A DNA stretch of 64,000 nt, from positions 1 to 64,000 of the forward strand of contig CAJINV010000012.1 of assembly GCA_905178155.1 (NCBI GenBank). The letters are read 5' to 3'. Each line of letters opens with the position of its first letter. Position 1 is the first letter of the stretch. Origin of the DNA: Amoebophrya sp. A120 (Eukaryota; Protista; Dinoflagellata). The translations under genes were made by a program, and so were the position numbers. This document shows positions 49,657-61,854 of this stretch, piece after piece. The notes beneath the pieces were generated by a model. That model saw nothing but the letters and a program-made list of their open reading frames with translations, did no database searches and was not told the origin of the DNA.

Positions 49657-50288
49657 GTAGGAGTACTAGAGGCGTTTGTGTTTGATGTGAATGTGATTGA
49701 TCATGTCGTACGTTCCCACCCCTGCTGCGCTTTGACCTTTACCACGACTTTGAGCACAGTTTTTTTGGGTTCTTGAACTTCTTGTGTCGCGTCTTCACGC
49801 CGTGAACTTCGTTGAAATGAATTTTGTTTTGATGACAGCTTCGGAGTTGGTTTGAAGGACTTGGAGCTGACAACCTCTTGGACAACAAGTGTTCCATCGT
49901 GCGGTAACTGAGAATACCTCGCCAAAGTCATTTGTCGTTTTAGATAGTAGTCGCCTGATTCATCGTCGCGCAAGTACTAGGTACCCATGGTTATTATGGC
50001 TCGTCTCAACATCGTCCTCATCGCTTTCTCCGCCTTGCATCGCTCGGGATTTCATCGTGTCATCGACGTCGTCTTCTTCGTCGACGGTTTATCTCGGCGT
50101 GATTGTTAAGTGGATTCATTCTCTATTATTTTTCATCGCCTGTACTGTTTCGTTTTGCAACCGCTTCAAGAACTACATCGACGCGCAATACTTATAGCAC
50201 ACCGTATGCGATAGATTTTTGATTTTGTTGTGGTAATGGTATTTTGTTTTGGTGATTCAAAAGAAAAGTTAAATATTACAACCACCAA

Positions 50289-52586
50289 ATGGCCAAGCTC
50301 AGCCTGCAGAGTTACATCTCGCAAGGGCACGCGGATGGAGGAGGAGATGACTTTCCGCTGCAAATTGTGCAGCAATTCTTCTTCGCCACGCATCAACGCA
50401 AAAGCAAGACGTTGCCGGCTCTGCGCAGTAGTAGAGAAACGCAGTCTAGTATTAGTACAACATCTTTCGCGGCACTGACACAGCCGCCCGAACGACCAGC
50501 AATCGCGAGGACCACGACTGGACACGAGATGCAGAAGCAAGCAAAAAACGAAACTTCATCCAAGCTCGACCTACTCTCCCGCCCCTCCTCCTTCGCCGCA
50601 GCCACGGACAAACCGCTGAACTGCGACCTGTCCCACCACGGACTGGGGAACCTCCCTTCCCCCGAGGATTTCTGTATCCAGTGCAGATATGTCTGGGTCT
50701 GGAAGAGTGGTCCGAGTTTGTCATGCTAGTCCTGGTTGGCACCAATAAAATCTGTGTTGCGTGAGCAGCAGAAGCACGCGAGGATGGCATTTCTAATGCA
50801 GGAGGTTTAGGCATTTTTGCAGAGCCTTGTCCAAAAGTCAAAGTGTGATGCTATAACTCGCATTCCAGGCCTTCTGGGCCATGCGAAACCAGCATGACAG
50901 ACAAAACATTCTTCGAGACGCAGACACATTTGCATTTGATATCCTGCACTGTGAAACGAAACGGCGCGGACGCGGACGATGCCGATTTGAAGACGAAGGA
51001 GGAGCTATGCAATGCAAAGGCATCGTCCTAGTATAAATTGCATTACAAATCAGCCCAGCATTACAAATTAGCCTGCCCAGCATTACAAATTAGCCTGCCC
51101 AGCATTACAAATTAGCCTGCCCAGCATTACAAATTAGCCCAGCATTACAAAGTAAATCTGTAATGCTGATTTGCCTTGAGAAAGAGATTTGTATATGCAT
51201 GAATGCAATTACTACGAGCGCGATACTTTTGCACAGGATAGGAGCTCCTGGATGTCGAGTTGAAAAAAGACACCAGCATTGCGCACTATTTTGAGAAATT
51301 TATCCTCGCAAACTTCGACCCTTACACGAAGATTCCGGAAAAATCGTATGCATTGCAAAAGTATCGTACTCGTAGTATTGCAATACAAATTAGCTCAGCA
51401 TGACAAATGGAATTTCTCATGCTGATTTAGCTTGAAAAAGAAATCTGTCTTGCATGACTGCGACTAGTACGAGTGCGATACTTTTGCACAGGATAAATCG
51501 AAGAAAGTGAAAATCCTCGAGCACTGTCTTTCTGACACGATATCCCACGAAAAAACTGTTTCATTGTGATGATTTTGCAAGATCTGCATCACAAGTTTGT
51601 TACGCATGACACCCAAAATTTGTCATGCGCACTTCCCAAGGGAAAACACGCTGGAAAACCCAATGCCTTGCAGGTGTAGCAAGACAAATAGTTCTGTGTT
51701 CCATTTTCTGCATCACAGGTTCACAGTGAAACAGTTTCTTCTTGCGATACACGAAGAAGCTACTCCAATGGCTGACCAACAGCATCGAGGACTGCAAGAA
51801 GAAAGCCCACGACCGGGAGCCAACCAGCAGCCAGGAGCCGGCGGAGTTGGTGCCACTGGCGGCTATGAACTGCAAAAGTATCGTACTCGTATAAATGCAT
51901 TGCAAATTTCCTCAGCATGAGAAATAAATTTGTAATGCAGATTTGCCTTGGAAACAAGATTTGTAATGCAAGACTTGCATTAGCATGATTTGTACGAGTA
52001 CGATGCTTTTTGCACAGGATAGCGGCGTATCAAATACAAATGCATTATGTATGCCTGGGTCTGAAGAGAACGAAACTTTAACTTGTGATGCTCGGTTGTA
52101 GATGAATGCAGAACTTCTCAATGCATGCACGCATGTCACGATCAAGAAGTTCTTCCAGCGGCGCTCTCTGCTCTCAAGAACATCCGTTACTTTTGGCGGA
52201 CATGCAACACAGATTTTCTAGAGTTGGAAAACATGCTGTATTTTCCGGACCCAGACATATTTGCATTTGATACAGCGAACGCGTTAAAAGTGGAGGAAAA
52301 GGGGGTCACGGCGCGGCAGGCTCTGGAGAGAGATTTGAAGCAATTGAAGGCGGAATTGAGAAAAGCACCGGATGAAAACAATCCGCAATACGCGCCCTGT
52401 GACGCGAAGAAGGGACCACCACCAAGGCCATGGTGCATTTTCTTGGACGGACCGAAGGAGCGAGAAGGTGAAGATATCCATACTGAAGATGAAGTTTGTA
52501 CTGCTGCGAACCCAGAGACCAGATTTAGAGGACAGGTGGAAACAAATGGACCCTTCATGGGATCTTTTGGGGCGAATATTTTTTGA
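50289..52586 (+). CDS. Hypothetical protein interrupted by 6 introners
   Basis: MAKLSLQSY...EDFC|TVKRN...EEL|LDVEL...EKS|KKVK...DT|KKLL...LAA|NALKVEEK...GANIF; stop-free after removal. Confidence 0.75.
50675..50941. mobile_element. Introner family B
   Basis: TATCCAGTGCAGATATGTCTG...CAGACACATTTGCATTTGATA; DR TTCTG/TCCTG. Confidence 0.9.
51006..51240. mobile_element. Introner family A with internal 22-bp tandem expansion
   Basis: TATGCAATGCAAAGG...CTTTTGCACAGGATA; DR GGAGC/GGAGC; CCCAGCATTACAAATTAGCCTG repeats. Confidence 0.92.
51347..51495. mobile_element. Introner family A
   Basis: TATGCATTGCAAAAGTATCG...CGATACTTTTGCACAGGATA; DR AATCG/AATCG. Confidence 0.92.
51541..51749. mobile_element. 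Introner family I
   Basis: TATCCCACGAAAAAACTGTTTCATTGTGA...TCACAGTGAAACAGTTTCTTCTTGCGATA; DR CACGA/CACGA. Confidence 0.9.
51864..52021. mobile_element. Introner family A
   Basis: TATGAACTGCAAAAG...TTTTTGCACAGGATA; DR GCGGC/GCGGC. Confidence 0.92.
52028..52272. mobile_element. Introner family B
   Basis: TATCAAATACAAATG...CATATTTGCATTTGATA; DR CGGCG/CAGCG. Confidence 0.88.
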
Positions 52587-52589
52587 AAT

Positions 52590-55140
52590 GCGGAATAAGA
52601 ACAATGATGTAAATCTAAATGCGATAAAAAAATCGAACACAGAAGTTAATGGGCATCAGAACCTCCGGTCGTTGATGATGAAAACGATACAAAAACAAAA
52701 AGCAATGGATGGAATCTGGAGAAGAAATATTCATGAGTCTGCTTCTCAAAGAAAATCTTATGATTTTCGTGATGATAGACCCTCTTCACTCAAGAACTCG
52801 ATGATGAATATAAAGGAGAAAAAAATTTTCTCATGAATGCTGTCATTGAATCCATTGAATTCGATAGATGGTTCGTGATGTGTCTGAGTATTTGACTTCA
52901 AACAAAAAAAAAATCTTCCAGAGAGATTTTAATCAATATCGATCTTTTTTTATTTCCTCAAAACCGAAAAAATATGGATGGATTATCATGATATTCGATC
53001 GAGAATCAATCCTCTTGTCGATGGAAAATGAAAAATATGAAGATACATGGGATTCGGATATCATTATTTCTTTCTCATATCGGGATATAATATTCGAGAT
53101 TCAAATAAGGATCGCAATATCATGTGTATCTTTTGATAAATTTCCATATATTCGGAGCCTATCATATTTTCGAATTTTTCAAATTTTTTTTCCCAGATTT
53201 TGACAATTTTAAAATCTATCCTTTTCTAAATTCTTAAAACATTTAATATCGGAAATATAAATATGAAATCCGATCGGAAAATATATTTGCAAGAATCATA
53301 TACCAATCATTAGAATTTCTCTAAAATTTTTGAATCTCATCAAAATATTGATAAATGATTTTGGATATTATTGATCGAAGGATTATGAATATGAATATTA
53401 GGTTTATTAGTGTCTGGCGCCAGCCAAGGGAGTACAGCGCAACTTTCCAAGGGAGTCAAGGGAGTAAGTTAAAAAAGCAGTCGCGCGTGCCAATGCGATC
53501 GGCATAAATATAGCAAAAATTCTTCGCGGCGCGCGCTGCGCGCGCGCGGCTCGACATCTGTGCGCACATCACAAAAATTTTTCGGGCCGCGCGCTGCGCG
53601 CGCGCGGCGAGGCACGTGCAGCATGTAGGACATGCACCCACGTGTGGGAATGTTGCGACGCATCAATGCGAAGCATCAATGCGAAGCATCAATGCGAAGC
53701 ATCAGTGCGAAGCATCAATGCGAAGCAGGCTAGAAAGATATGCCACGCGTGTGAGCTTCAAACTTACGGCGCGTTCTGACGGCCACTGCAACTCTTTCCC
53801 GATTGGAGAAAGCCGAAGTGGCCGCTTCAACATTTCCACTGCGTTCGTATTCTCTGTTCGGCATGGCGTTGAATCTGGTCACGCAGAACCTCGCGCGAAA
53901 GATCTCGACAAGCAAACTGCTGAAGTGGCTGCCTCAACTTCCCCTGGACAGCGGAAACTTGACATGGCCACGGCAACAGTTTACGCGTTCCTTCGCCTCC
54001 ACGCTCTATGTTGCCAGGCAGAGGCCCGGCTGCCCCGGCGACTTCTGTTGACGGGGGCGACTCTAGAAGCCCTCACCTTCTTCAAGAGGCCAGGGCCTTC
54101 GTCAACGAGCTAATGCCTAAACGCGGCCAAACCGCGGGCCGCAGCGGGGGGGGGGGGGGCAACAGGGCCCAAACCGGTGCCCGGTAAGTGCGCCCATAGC
54201 ATGCATTTTTGCGATGATTTTAGGGGAGGCAATTTGTGCAAGTTTTATCTTCCTCCCTTGGCTCCCTTGACTCCCTTCGAAGTTTCACTCCCTTGCCTAT
54301 AAAATACTCTAAATATGATATGGAGTCAAATCATTCAATCGAATTCTTGATTGAGATTATCATTTGTTAGATATTTGTCCGAAATTTGTTCGAAATCAAC
54401 ATGAGAGATTCATCTTTCTTTCTTCATTCATTGAACGCAAAAAATTCTTTTTGAATGTGCGAGATTCATCTTTTCTTTCTTCATTCATTGAACGCAAAAA
54501 ACTCCAAATAAAGAAAAACGGAAGAGAATAAAAGAAAAAAAAAAATTTAAAAAAAAAACGCTCGGATTCCATCCTCTATGTATCAATCAATCCAAGGAGA
54601 TCTTGGATTTGTCTTCTTTTTTTCTCAATTCAGGATCATTCTTCCAGATCCTGGATTTCAGGATCTATCGAATCAATCCGAAGATGAAGAATATTAAGGA
54701 TCTTTCCATTCCCTAGAATCTTAGATGACCTGATATCGATATGGAATGAAGATTCCAGATGGTGCAACTCATCAAGAAAATAACTTGGATCGAAATTCAA
54801 AGAAAAATATTAATATCCAATTAAAAAAGATTTGATACATATCCAATCGACATCTCTCTCTGTTGATACATAGCAGAATCATCAGATGATGACTTGAAAC
54901 AAATTTGCCACACAATCCATTTGCCTCAACCATCGAATCACCATCTTCATCCTGATCATTCGAAAGGTATTCCTTGAATCATGATCGATGCGATATGAGG
55001 GATCATTTAGATGGTTTTTCTGAGTTTGGCGAAATTTTCTGAGATTCTCGGTGTTGAAGTGATACGCAATGTTGTCAAGGTGATCTGATGGTCGGTGTTT
55101 CTTTTATTAAGTCTTTGTTCTCCAACATCATGAGACAAAT
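52590..55140. other. AT-rich intergenic region at the convergent strand switch
   Basis: Visibly AT-rich (52590-53415 and 54298-55140) between the last + gene and the 3' end of the first - gene. Confidence 0.75.
53422..54297. mobile_element. GC-rich element bounded by inverted arrays of CAAGGGAG motifs
   Basis: Left CAAGGGAGT x3 then AAGTTAAAA; right TTTTATCTT then CTCCCTT x4; internal (GAAGCATCAATGC)n at ~53660-53727. Confidence 0.7.
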
Positions 55141-55346
55141 ATCGTGGGTGAAAAAATTCAGACGAGTTCCATTTTCATCCTTTCTGTGATGTCGAATGTC
55201 GTTCGGGTTTTATCTTATGTGTTCTGTGTGTCCGTCGATAGAACAGCTTGGGTCGTGGCGAAAAGTCACATGATGGAGCCATTAGAGGAGCACCTCCATC
55301 ACCACCATCTAAGAAATCATCAGAAATAGAAGACCCTTGTATCAAT

Positions 55347-57316
55347 CTATCGTCGTCTGTTGTGTCGCCGGGAATCGTCCTCTTGCCGTTTGTTCTTGTC
55401 CCGTCGTCCGCCTCGATCGTCTCTCGAGTTGTGTCCCCTGTTATTTCCCCGGCTCCGGCTTCTGCTTCGACCACGCCCGCCACCGCGATGTTCTCTCTCC
55501 ACATCTCGGCGAGATTTTTTATCATTCCCCCGGCTGTCGTTCCTGCCGCCATGATCCCGTCCAGACCGATGCTTCGTTCCACGGCCCGCACCACTACTTC
55601 GCCGACTATCTACACTGCTGTCGCTTCGGTTATTCACCACATCAGAAGATTCACTGCGTTCCCTGCGGCGGTCGTTCGTAGTTTTTTTCTCATTTGTGTT
55701 CTTGTTCAGCTGGTGCTGGCCGCGCTTCTTTGCAGTTCTACCACGTTGATTATCTACGGATGAGTCCGAGTCGTCGTAGTTCTCCGCCGAGCTGTCTTCA
55801 TCCGAGGAATTCTCCGAATCACTATTACAGCGTTTAATTTTAATACTTTTTCCAGTATTATCTTTTTTCATCTTCCCCCGCTGTTCCTCCTCCCAAATTT
55901 CCCCGTGTAAACTGTACAACTTGAACTGTTCGGATTGTAAAAAAGACGCCTGTTTCGCCGAGAAATACTTCACGTTGCGCAGAAGTTTCAGCAAGATCGC
56001 CTTCTCCTGCGGCTCGTTGCAGTTTTGCAGGAAAGAGCGGTGGACGACGATGTGGTAGAAGGCATCCTGCAGGTTCAACCGGTCTAAACTCGCGAGTTTC
56101 AAACACTTGTCAATCCACTTGATCTATGCAGTGCACAAGTATCGCACTAGTACGTAGAAATCGCATGACAAATCCCCCCAGCATGAGAAATGGAATTTGT
56201 AATGCGGATTTTGTTAGGTTAAGAAGGAGATTTGTAATGCATGACTGCGATAATTACTACGACTGCGATACTTTTGCACAGGATATGATCCGCGCGCCCG
56301 GCGTCTTCGCGTACACTTCCTCCGCGTCCATGGTCACCTGCGGAAGGTTGTTCTATCCTTTGCAAAAGCGTCCCCACCCCAGAGTTCTCATGCAAATACG
56401 CATGCCAAAAAAGTTTCTCATGCGGAGCGCCATGAGAGGCACTTTCTAGCTGTGTTGTGGGATTTGTGATGCTATAATCAGCATGATGTGCTAGATCTGT
56501 GATGCTTCTGAACTACCTAAACAGAATCACACTACGAGGAAAAATCTGTCATGCGAAACAACCAAAGCTGGCTGATTTGTCTAGCAAATTTCCCATCTTG
56601 ACTCTGGTGTGGGGACGTTTTTACTCGGGATATGTTCAGCTCTTTATTCATCTTCTTGTCCTGATCCGGATTTTTGTTACTCCGGGTAACGGCCTCGGTG
56701 CCGATCGGGATATCTTTCCTATCGAATGCAATAATATGTCTGGAGGTGGTTCTCTGGAACAAGTAGGGTGCAAAGCTAGCATGCAAGGTGGTTTCTTGTT
56801 GTCGTATAATAATGGCCCATACAGATTATTTTTGGCATACAGGGTCTAACATGACAGATTCTGCATTGTGCAGATCTGTATCATGCTTCTCGTCCGGCAT
56901 GAGAAACTGCCAGCACTGGACAACTTTTGCTAATCATGCAACACAGATTTATTTTGCATCAGATCCAGACGTCGACCCAGACGACCTTTTTGCATTTGAT
57001 ACTTCCGGTTCCGAAACCATTGGGTCCGGGCCGCCTGCGCCAGGGCGGCGTTGTAGTGGATGGAAGATATGGCGTTCTCAACTGTTACATTCTCAAGCGT
57101 TGCATGATCTGTCATGCAGAATTGCCTTGACTATCGACGCCATCAAGCCGCTTCGCATGACAAATTCTCAGACGGCCAAACAGGCTGAGAATCTGCGCCA
57201 AATCTGTCATGCAAGACGCGCAAGGTCCTTCCTTTCACTTTTGCCACTGTTGCATCGCAAATGCATGCAACAGCTGAGAATGTAATAATTGAGAACACCA
57301 TAGAAGAGGAAGACAT
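55347..57316 (-). CDS. Hypothetical protein with Arg/Ser/Asp-rich (RS-like) C-terminus, 5 exons
   Basis: MSSSS|IHYNAALAQ...RNRK|DIPIG...KELN|NLPQ...ARI|KWIDKCLKLASLD...RGRSRSRSRG; 4 introners removed. Confidence 0.75.
56125..56285. mobile_element. Introner family A
   Basis: TATGCAGTGCACAAGTATCGC...GCGATACTTTTGCACAGGATA; DR TGATC/TGATC. Confidence 0.92.
56354..56632. mobile_element. Introner family H
   Basis: TATCCTTTGCAAAAGCGTCCCCACCCCAGAG...CTCTGGTGTGGGGACGTTTTTACTCGGGATA; DR TGTTC/TGTTC. Confidence 0.92.
56720..57001. mobile_element. Introner family B
   Basis: TATCGAATGCAA...TTGCATTTGATA; DR TTTCC/CTTCC. Confidence 0.88.
57068..57302. mobile_element. Introner family D
   Basis: TATGGCGTTCTCAACTGTTACAT...ATGTAATAATTGAGAACACCATA; DR GAAGA/GAAGA. 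Confidence 0.92.
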
Positions 57317-59097
57317 TTTGTTTTTGTTGTTTATGAAGCTTTTAAACATCAAGCGGGGATTCTTGTTGGAGCTTGTGTCAAGGTGACAGTGACAGACTGA
57401 AAATAGAGCAAACAAATAGGAAATGACGTGACCTTGTAGATGAAGCCCCTATCACCACAAATGAAAAAAGCTCACTCTCATCGCCACTTCTTTTTCGTAA
57501 TACTAATATTTCTACTACTCGGTCGCTGCTTGAAGTAAGGAGTCAGATCAGATCAGATAGTTTTATAGCATAGCATGGGGTTTGGCGTGTCGGAACTTTA
57601 AGAGTGCAGCCGACTTTTTCATGAACTAGAGCTCGACCACGCGTACTATTCTAGTAGAGGCGGCTAACAGTGATGCTTGTACCCCGCCCGCGATACAAAT
57701 TCCCCGGGCCGTATATCATGCCTATTGGGTGGGACTGGGAATTTCGGCCACTGAACAAAACCCGACAAGCACACCGAAAGTCTTATACCGGTCGATGCTA
57801 AAGCTTCACGCGCCGCAACCAGAGCACCGGCTGATTACCCTAAACCCTGTTTAAGTTATCAAGCACTTACTTTTTACTATTCGTCTAATACAAGTTCCCA
57901 TTTGCATGCATCTACACCTCGGCCTGGATCATTTTGATCTTTTTCTTTTCGTTTTTTTTTTATGTACCCTGAACCCCTCCATCAAACTTCCCATGTACGT
58001 GCAAATTGCCCGGCCCACACGGACGCTTCTTTTCCCTAGTGGGAATATACTCGTGTACTGGTGGGGACAGCCCGCTGCGCACTGGACTCGCCGATGGGAA
58101 TTTACGATCTAGTTGTTTTTTGTTTTTCGTACGAAAACTTTTTGATCTACTTGAACTGCAGTACTGTAACGCTATGTATAAAAAAGAATTTTTACCACCT
58201 TCTTGGTTTTTTTGGCCGAGGTGTCTAAGGCGCTACTAGTGCCACTGATCCGCACAGTGGGCTTCCGCGCTACGAATATTTGTAGGTCGTCGAAGGTGGG
58301 CGCTACGCGGAATGTACTACACGAAGGTTTTGGCTTGGCTTGGCTGCGGGCGAGTGGCGAGTTGCGGGGCGGAGTTCCAGAACTTTTTTGTAAATACTCA
58401 TAAAGAGTAAGTTTACAAATGCTCGCTCGAAAGCGGCGGTAGGGACGTTGTGTAACTAGAAAAAAGCGATAAGGGAAAAAAATAAAAAGGCTTTTGCGCT
58501 TGCTTTTTGACTTTGGCCTGGGTCGCTCGCACGCATGCGATGATCTGGTAGAATGTGTTGAAGAAAGTAGAGAAAAAAAAAGTAAAGAGCAACCGCTTTA
58601 TTTCCATCATACGGACGGGACTACACTTGTTTAGAAAAATGTGGATCTTGTCAACGGCATCAACATATTTTTTTTTATTTGCAATGAAAACTAAAACTCA
58701 GCTGGTATGCAGTTGGACTTAGACACGTCGGGGGCATTTTTCGGTCTTCGGTTTGCGAAGAGGAAGAGGTGGTCGTTTGCATCAACGATTATATTTCTCA
58801 GCATTGGAAGATAATTTTTTTTCTTGAGTGAGAGATGGAACTACAGTCGGTTTCTTGTCAAGACGAAAGTCGGGCGATGGCGTCCTCCACCATCTCAGAG
58901 TAGCAGTCAGAGGACAGCCAACACCCAGACAATGATCATCCTGATCATGATTCCTGAGTCTCGGATTGGAAATCGCAGTAGCAGATTCTTCAGATTTTTG
59001 CTTGCTCACTTTCTCATATTTCAAAATCTGTCGCGTGGATTTGAAGTCAAGCAATGAATGAGATCAGCAAGAACTACTTCAACAGCTTCGTCTATCT

Positions 59098-61854
59098 TTA
59101 GGTTGATGATGTGAAGGTTTTCATCATGAGTTCCTCTCGAAATTGAAAATATTCCTGCTCAACAAAACTTTGCGCTCGAACTAGAACATCCTCCATAAGG
59201 TCGGGGGTGAGAAACAAATCACTGCTCTTCATTTTCTGCCGCCCGCTCGCGCTTGCAGCTTGTTCAACATCGAGCGTCTTTAATAGCCAATGCACCGCCC
59301 GCATCGGATTGTCGACAAAATCTTCATTTAATATCACGTCACCTGCGTGTTGTTGCGTGGGATCATGAAGATGTTGCTGATCCCCACCAGCATCTCCGAA
59401 GTCCACAATGTCACCGTTCAAAATCAGCTGGAAATACGGGCCACAGGCGGGTGGGTAGGTGGCGAAAAAGTTGTACGACTCATCCTCTTCTTGCACCAGC
59501 TGTTCCGGCGACGCGACACCTCCTCCAGGCGTGTAGTTTATTCGAGTAGATGTCTTTCGCGGAGAAGTCGTTCTTTCCTGTTCGTCTGTCAAATCATATC
59601 CGTGCAGTGCTGCGGGTTTTTTAACCGCCGTCGAGAGTTGGTTTGTATGGTCAGCAGGCTGCTCGTCAACAACGTCTCTACTTGAACTTTGTGCTGCGTT
59701 TAGCTGTAGAAAATTTGCACCCCCCGGGGTTATGTCGAGGGAGATGAACTTGAGAAAATTTTTTGGTCGCGGAGGTTCTTTTGCTCCTGGTCCTGCTTCT
59801 GTCGTTTTGTTATTGTTGTCGTAGTGATTGTTCTGTGTCGTGGTCGTGGAGCGGTTGTTAAAAGTGTTCTGGTGCGACGAGGCTTCTAGTGCTATCACTT
59901 CGCTGACAATTCGGGCCAGGTTCTCCATAAGAAACCCCGCCAGCGAAGAGCGGAAGTTTGTCTTCGCATCGGAGGTCTTCAATAAGACCAAGCTGGCTTG
60001 ACGCCCGTGGACGGAGTTTTCGTATGCGCTGCAAATGAGTAGTCTGGTGGTGTTTTGCAACAAACATGGGGCGCTAGATTGTGAAGGGTGCGCCTGTGTG
60101 CGCTGCAGTGCTACGCAGCCAAGCATGACAAGCTTTTCAACACCTATGCTTTTCGTTGTCCGCATGGCAAGAAACATCAGAAGGCTCCTCCTTTCCTCCC
60201 TTATGCATCTTCACAGTGTTAAGCTCAAGGGCGGCCATGATGCGAGACAAGCATGACAAACTTGCTGCAATAAATTTCCACACCCGGTGGACTACAAAGT
60301 TGCATTTGATATTTCGATCACGTCGACCATCTCAGGCACCGTGATCTCGCGGACGTAGCCAGTGTCGACCTTCGCGTTAGCAGTTGGAATATGCCTTGCA
60401 GAAGTATCGCACATCGAGAACTCATTCATTTTCTTAGGGTGACCAATCCGCATTACAACACAAATTTCGTATCTCACGCGCAGGAAATTTGTAATTCTAT
60501 TTCTATTTCTAGAGCGATACTTTTGCACAGGATATGCCACTGTTCCAGGTGCCGTCGACGCGGATGAGAAAGCTTTCTTCTCCGTGCCGGTACTTGAAAG
60601 TGCATCTGTAGTTGTTGTACTAGTACCCATTTGATTCATCATCTCCGTGGTCGCGCCGGCGTTGCTTCTCTCCCCTTGCGCCAGAAGTTTTTGTTTCTTC
60701 TTTTCCTCCACAAAGGCAAAGACCGCAAAAGGCGTGGCTGCCAACGTGAAAAACCCGAGCCAGGGCAGAACTGCGAATAGCTTCTGCCACTTCCTTTGTT
60801 CCATCAAATGCAAACATGTCTGGGTCTGGACAAGTGGAAGTGCAAGGCCTGTTATGCATATTTATTCCCATCAAGTAGACCCATGATGTCTGTGATGCTT
60901 GCCGTAGCATCACAGCTTGTGCTGGCGCGACGGCCTTCTGAGTCTGATGCTCATACCGCATGAGAAATACCCTCTCCGCGCAACGAAGACTGGAGCTCTT
61001 TATTTGCTGCTCAACATGCAATACAGATTTTATGTAGAGTCCAAAGATACTAGCATCACAAGTTGCAGCACCTTTCCAGACCGAGACATACTTGCAGCTG
61101 ATATCTTCCGGCAGCAGCCGACTTTCGTCGATGAGGAAAGTTGTTTTATCGGGGTTCGTATGAAGTGCAAATATGTCTGGGTCTGGAAGATTGTCATGCA
61201 CGTTTTGCATGAGCCATGATGTCTGTGACGCATGCCCTAGCATCACAGTTTTTTCTAGGGCTTCTTGATGCCTATTCCGCATGACAAATGCCCTCGCCTT
61301 GTAGCAACAGTTACATTTCCTTTGCTGCTCATGCAATACAGAATCTTCTTGGAATCCAAATGCAGCATCGCAAATCCCATTCTTTCCAGACCCAGACACA
61401 TTTGCAAGGCATAGTTCGCACTGTACCGGGTTTTCAGAAAGGCCTCGATAGAGCAGGTGCCTTTATCGCCGAAGGGGGTCACGGCGGTAGAGGAGTGGTG
61501 ATGCAGAAGCTCTTCTTGCCGTTTTTCAAGGTCATTCGCGGCCAATACAATTTTTCTCCCCACATCAACTTGGTCCAGGGGAAGCACCCGCTTCTCGCTG
61601 TTCTGGAAGGTGTTGTTGTTGGTAGAAGTTCTGCTGATGTCAAAATCGTCGAGATCTTCTCGTGTAGCGGAGGTGCGGATAGTAGTTTCACCTGGTGGCG
61701 GAGCCGACTCTGCTACAGGTGCGGCGATGGTGGAACGCTGGCGGAGTTGCAGCCGCTTGCTGTAGTGCCACTCGGTGAGCAACACTCTCGGTATCAAAGC
61801 CGTCCTGCAACCACAGCAGCTCGTCCTCCCGCGGAGGAGAGACACTGAGAGCAT
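59098..61854 (-). CDS. Hypothetical single-pass membrane protein, possibly mitochondrion-targeted; 5 exons
   Basis: Arg-rich N-terminus MLSVSLLRGRTS...; TM LFAVLPWLGFFTLAATPFAVFAFV; frame restored across 4 introners. Confidence 0.7.
60023..60311. mobile_element. Introner family B-like (diverged)
   Basis: TATGCGCTGCAAATG...GTTGCATTTGATA; DR TTTCG/TTTCG. Confidence 0.85.
60390..60534. mobile_element. Introner family A (diverged DR)
   Basis: TATGCCTTGCAGAAGTATCGC...GCGATACTTTTGCACAGGATA; DR TGGAA/TGCCA. Confidence 0.85.
60802..61103. mobile_element. Introner family B (CAT left end)
   Basis: CATCAAATGCAAACATGTCTGGGTCTGGA...AGACATACTTGCAGCTGATA; DR TGTTC/TCTTC. Confidence 0.88.
61159..61413. 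mobile_element. Introner family B
   Basis: TATGAAGTGCAAATATGTCTGGGTCTGGAA...TTCCAGACCCAGACACATTTGCAAGGCATA; DR GTTCG/GTTCG. Confidence 0.93.

Noticed and set aside
52868-53203. 111-aa ORF in the AT-rich island
   Set aside because: Ile/Phe/Lys-biased sequence typical of AT-rich noncoding DNA.
57838-57848. CCCTAAACCCT telomere-like word
   Set aside because: Only about 1.5 units; consistent with chance.
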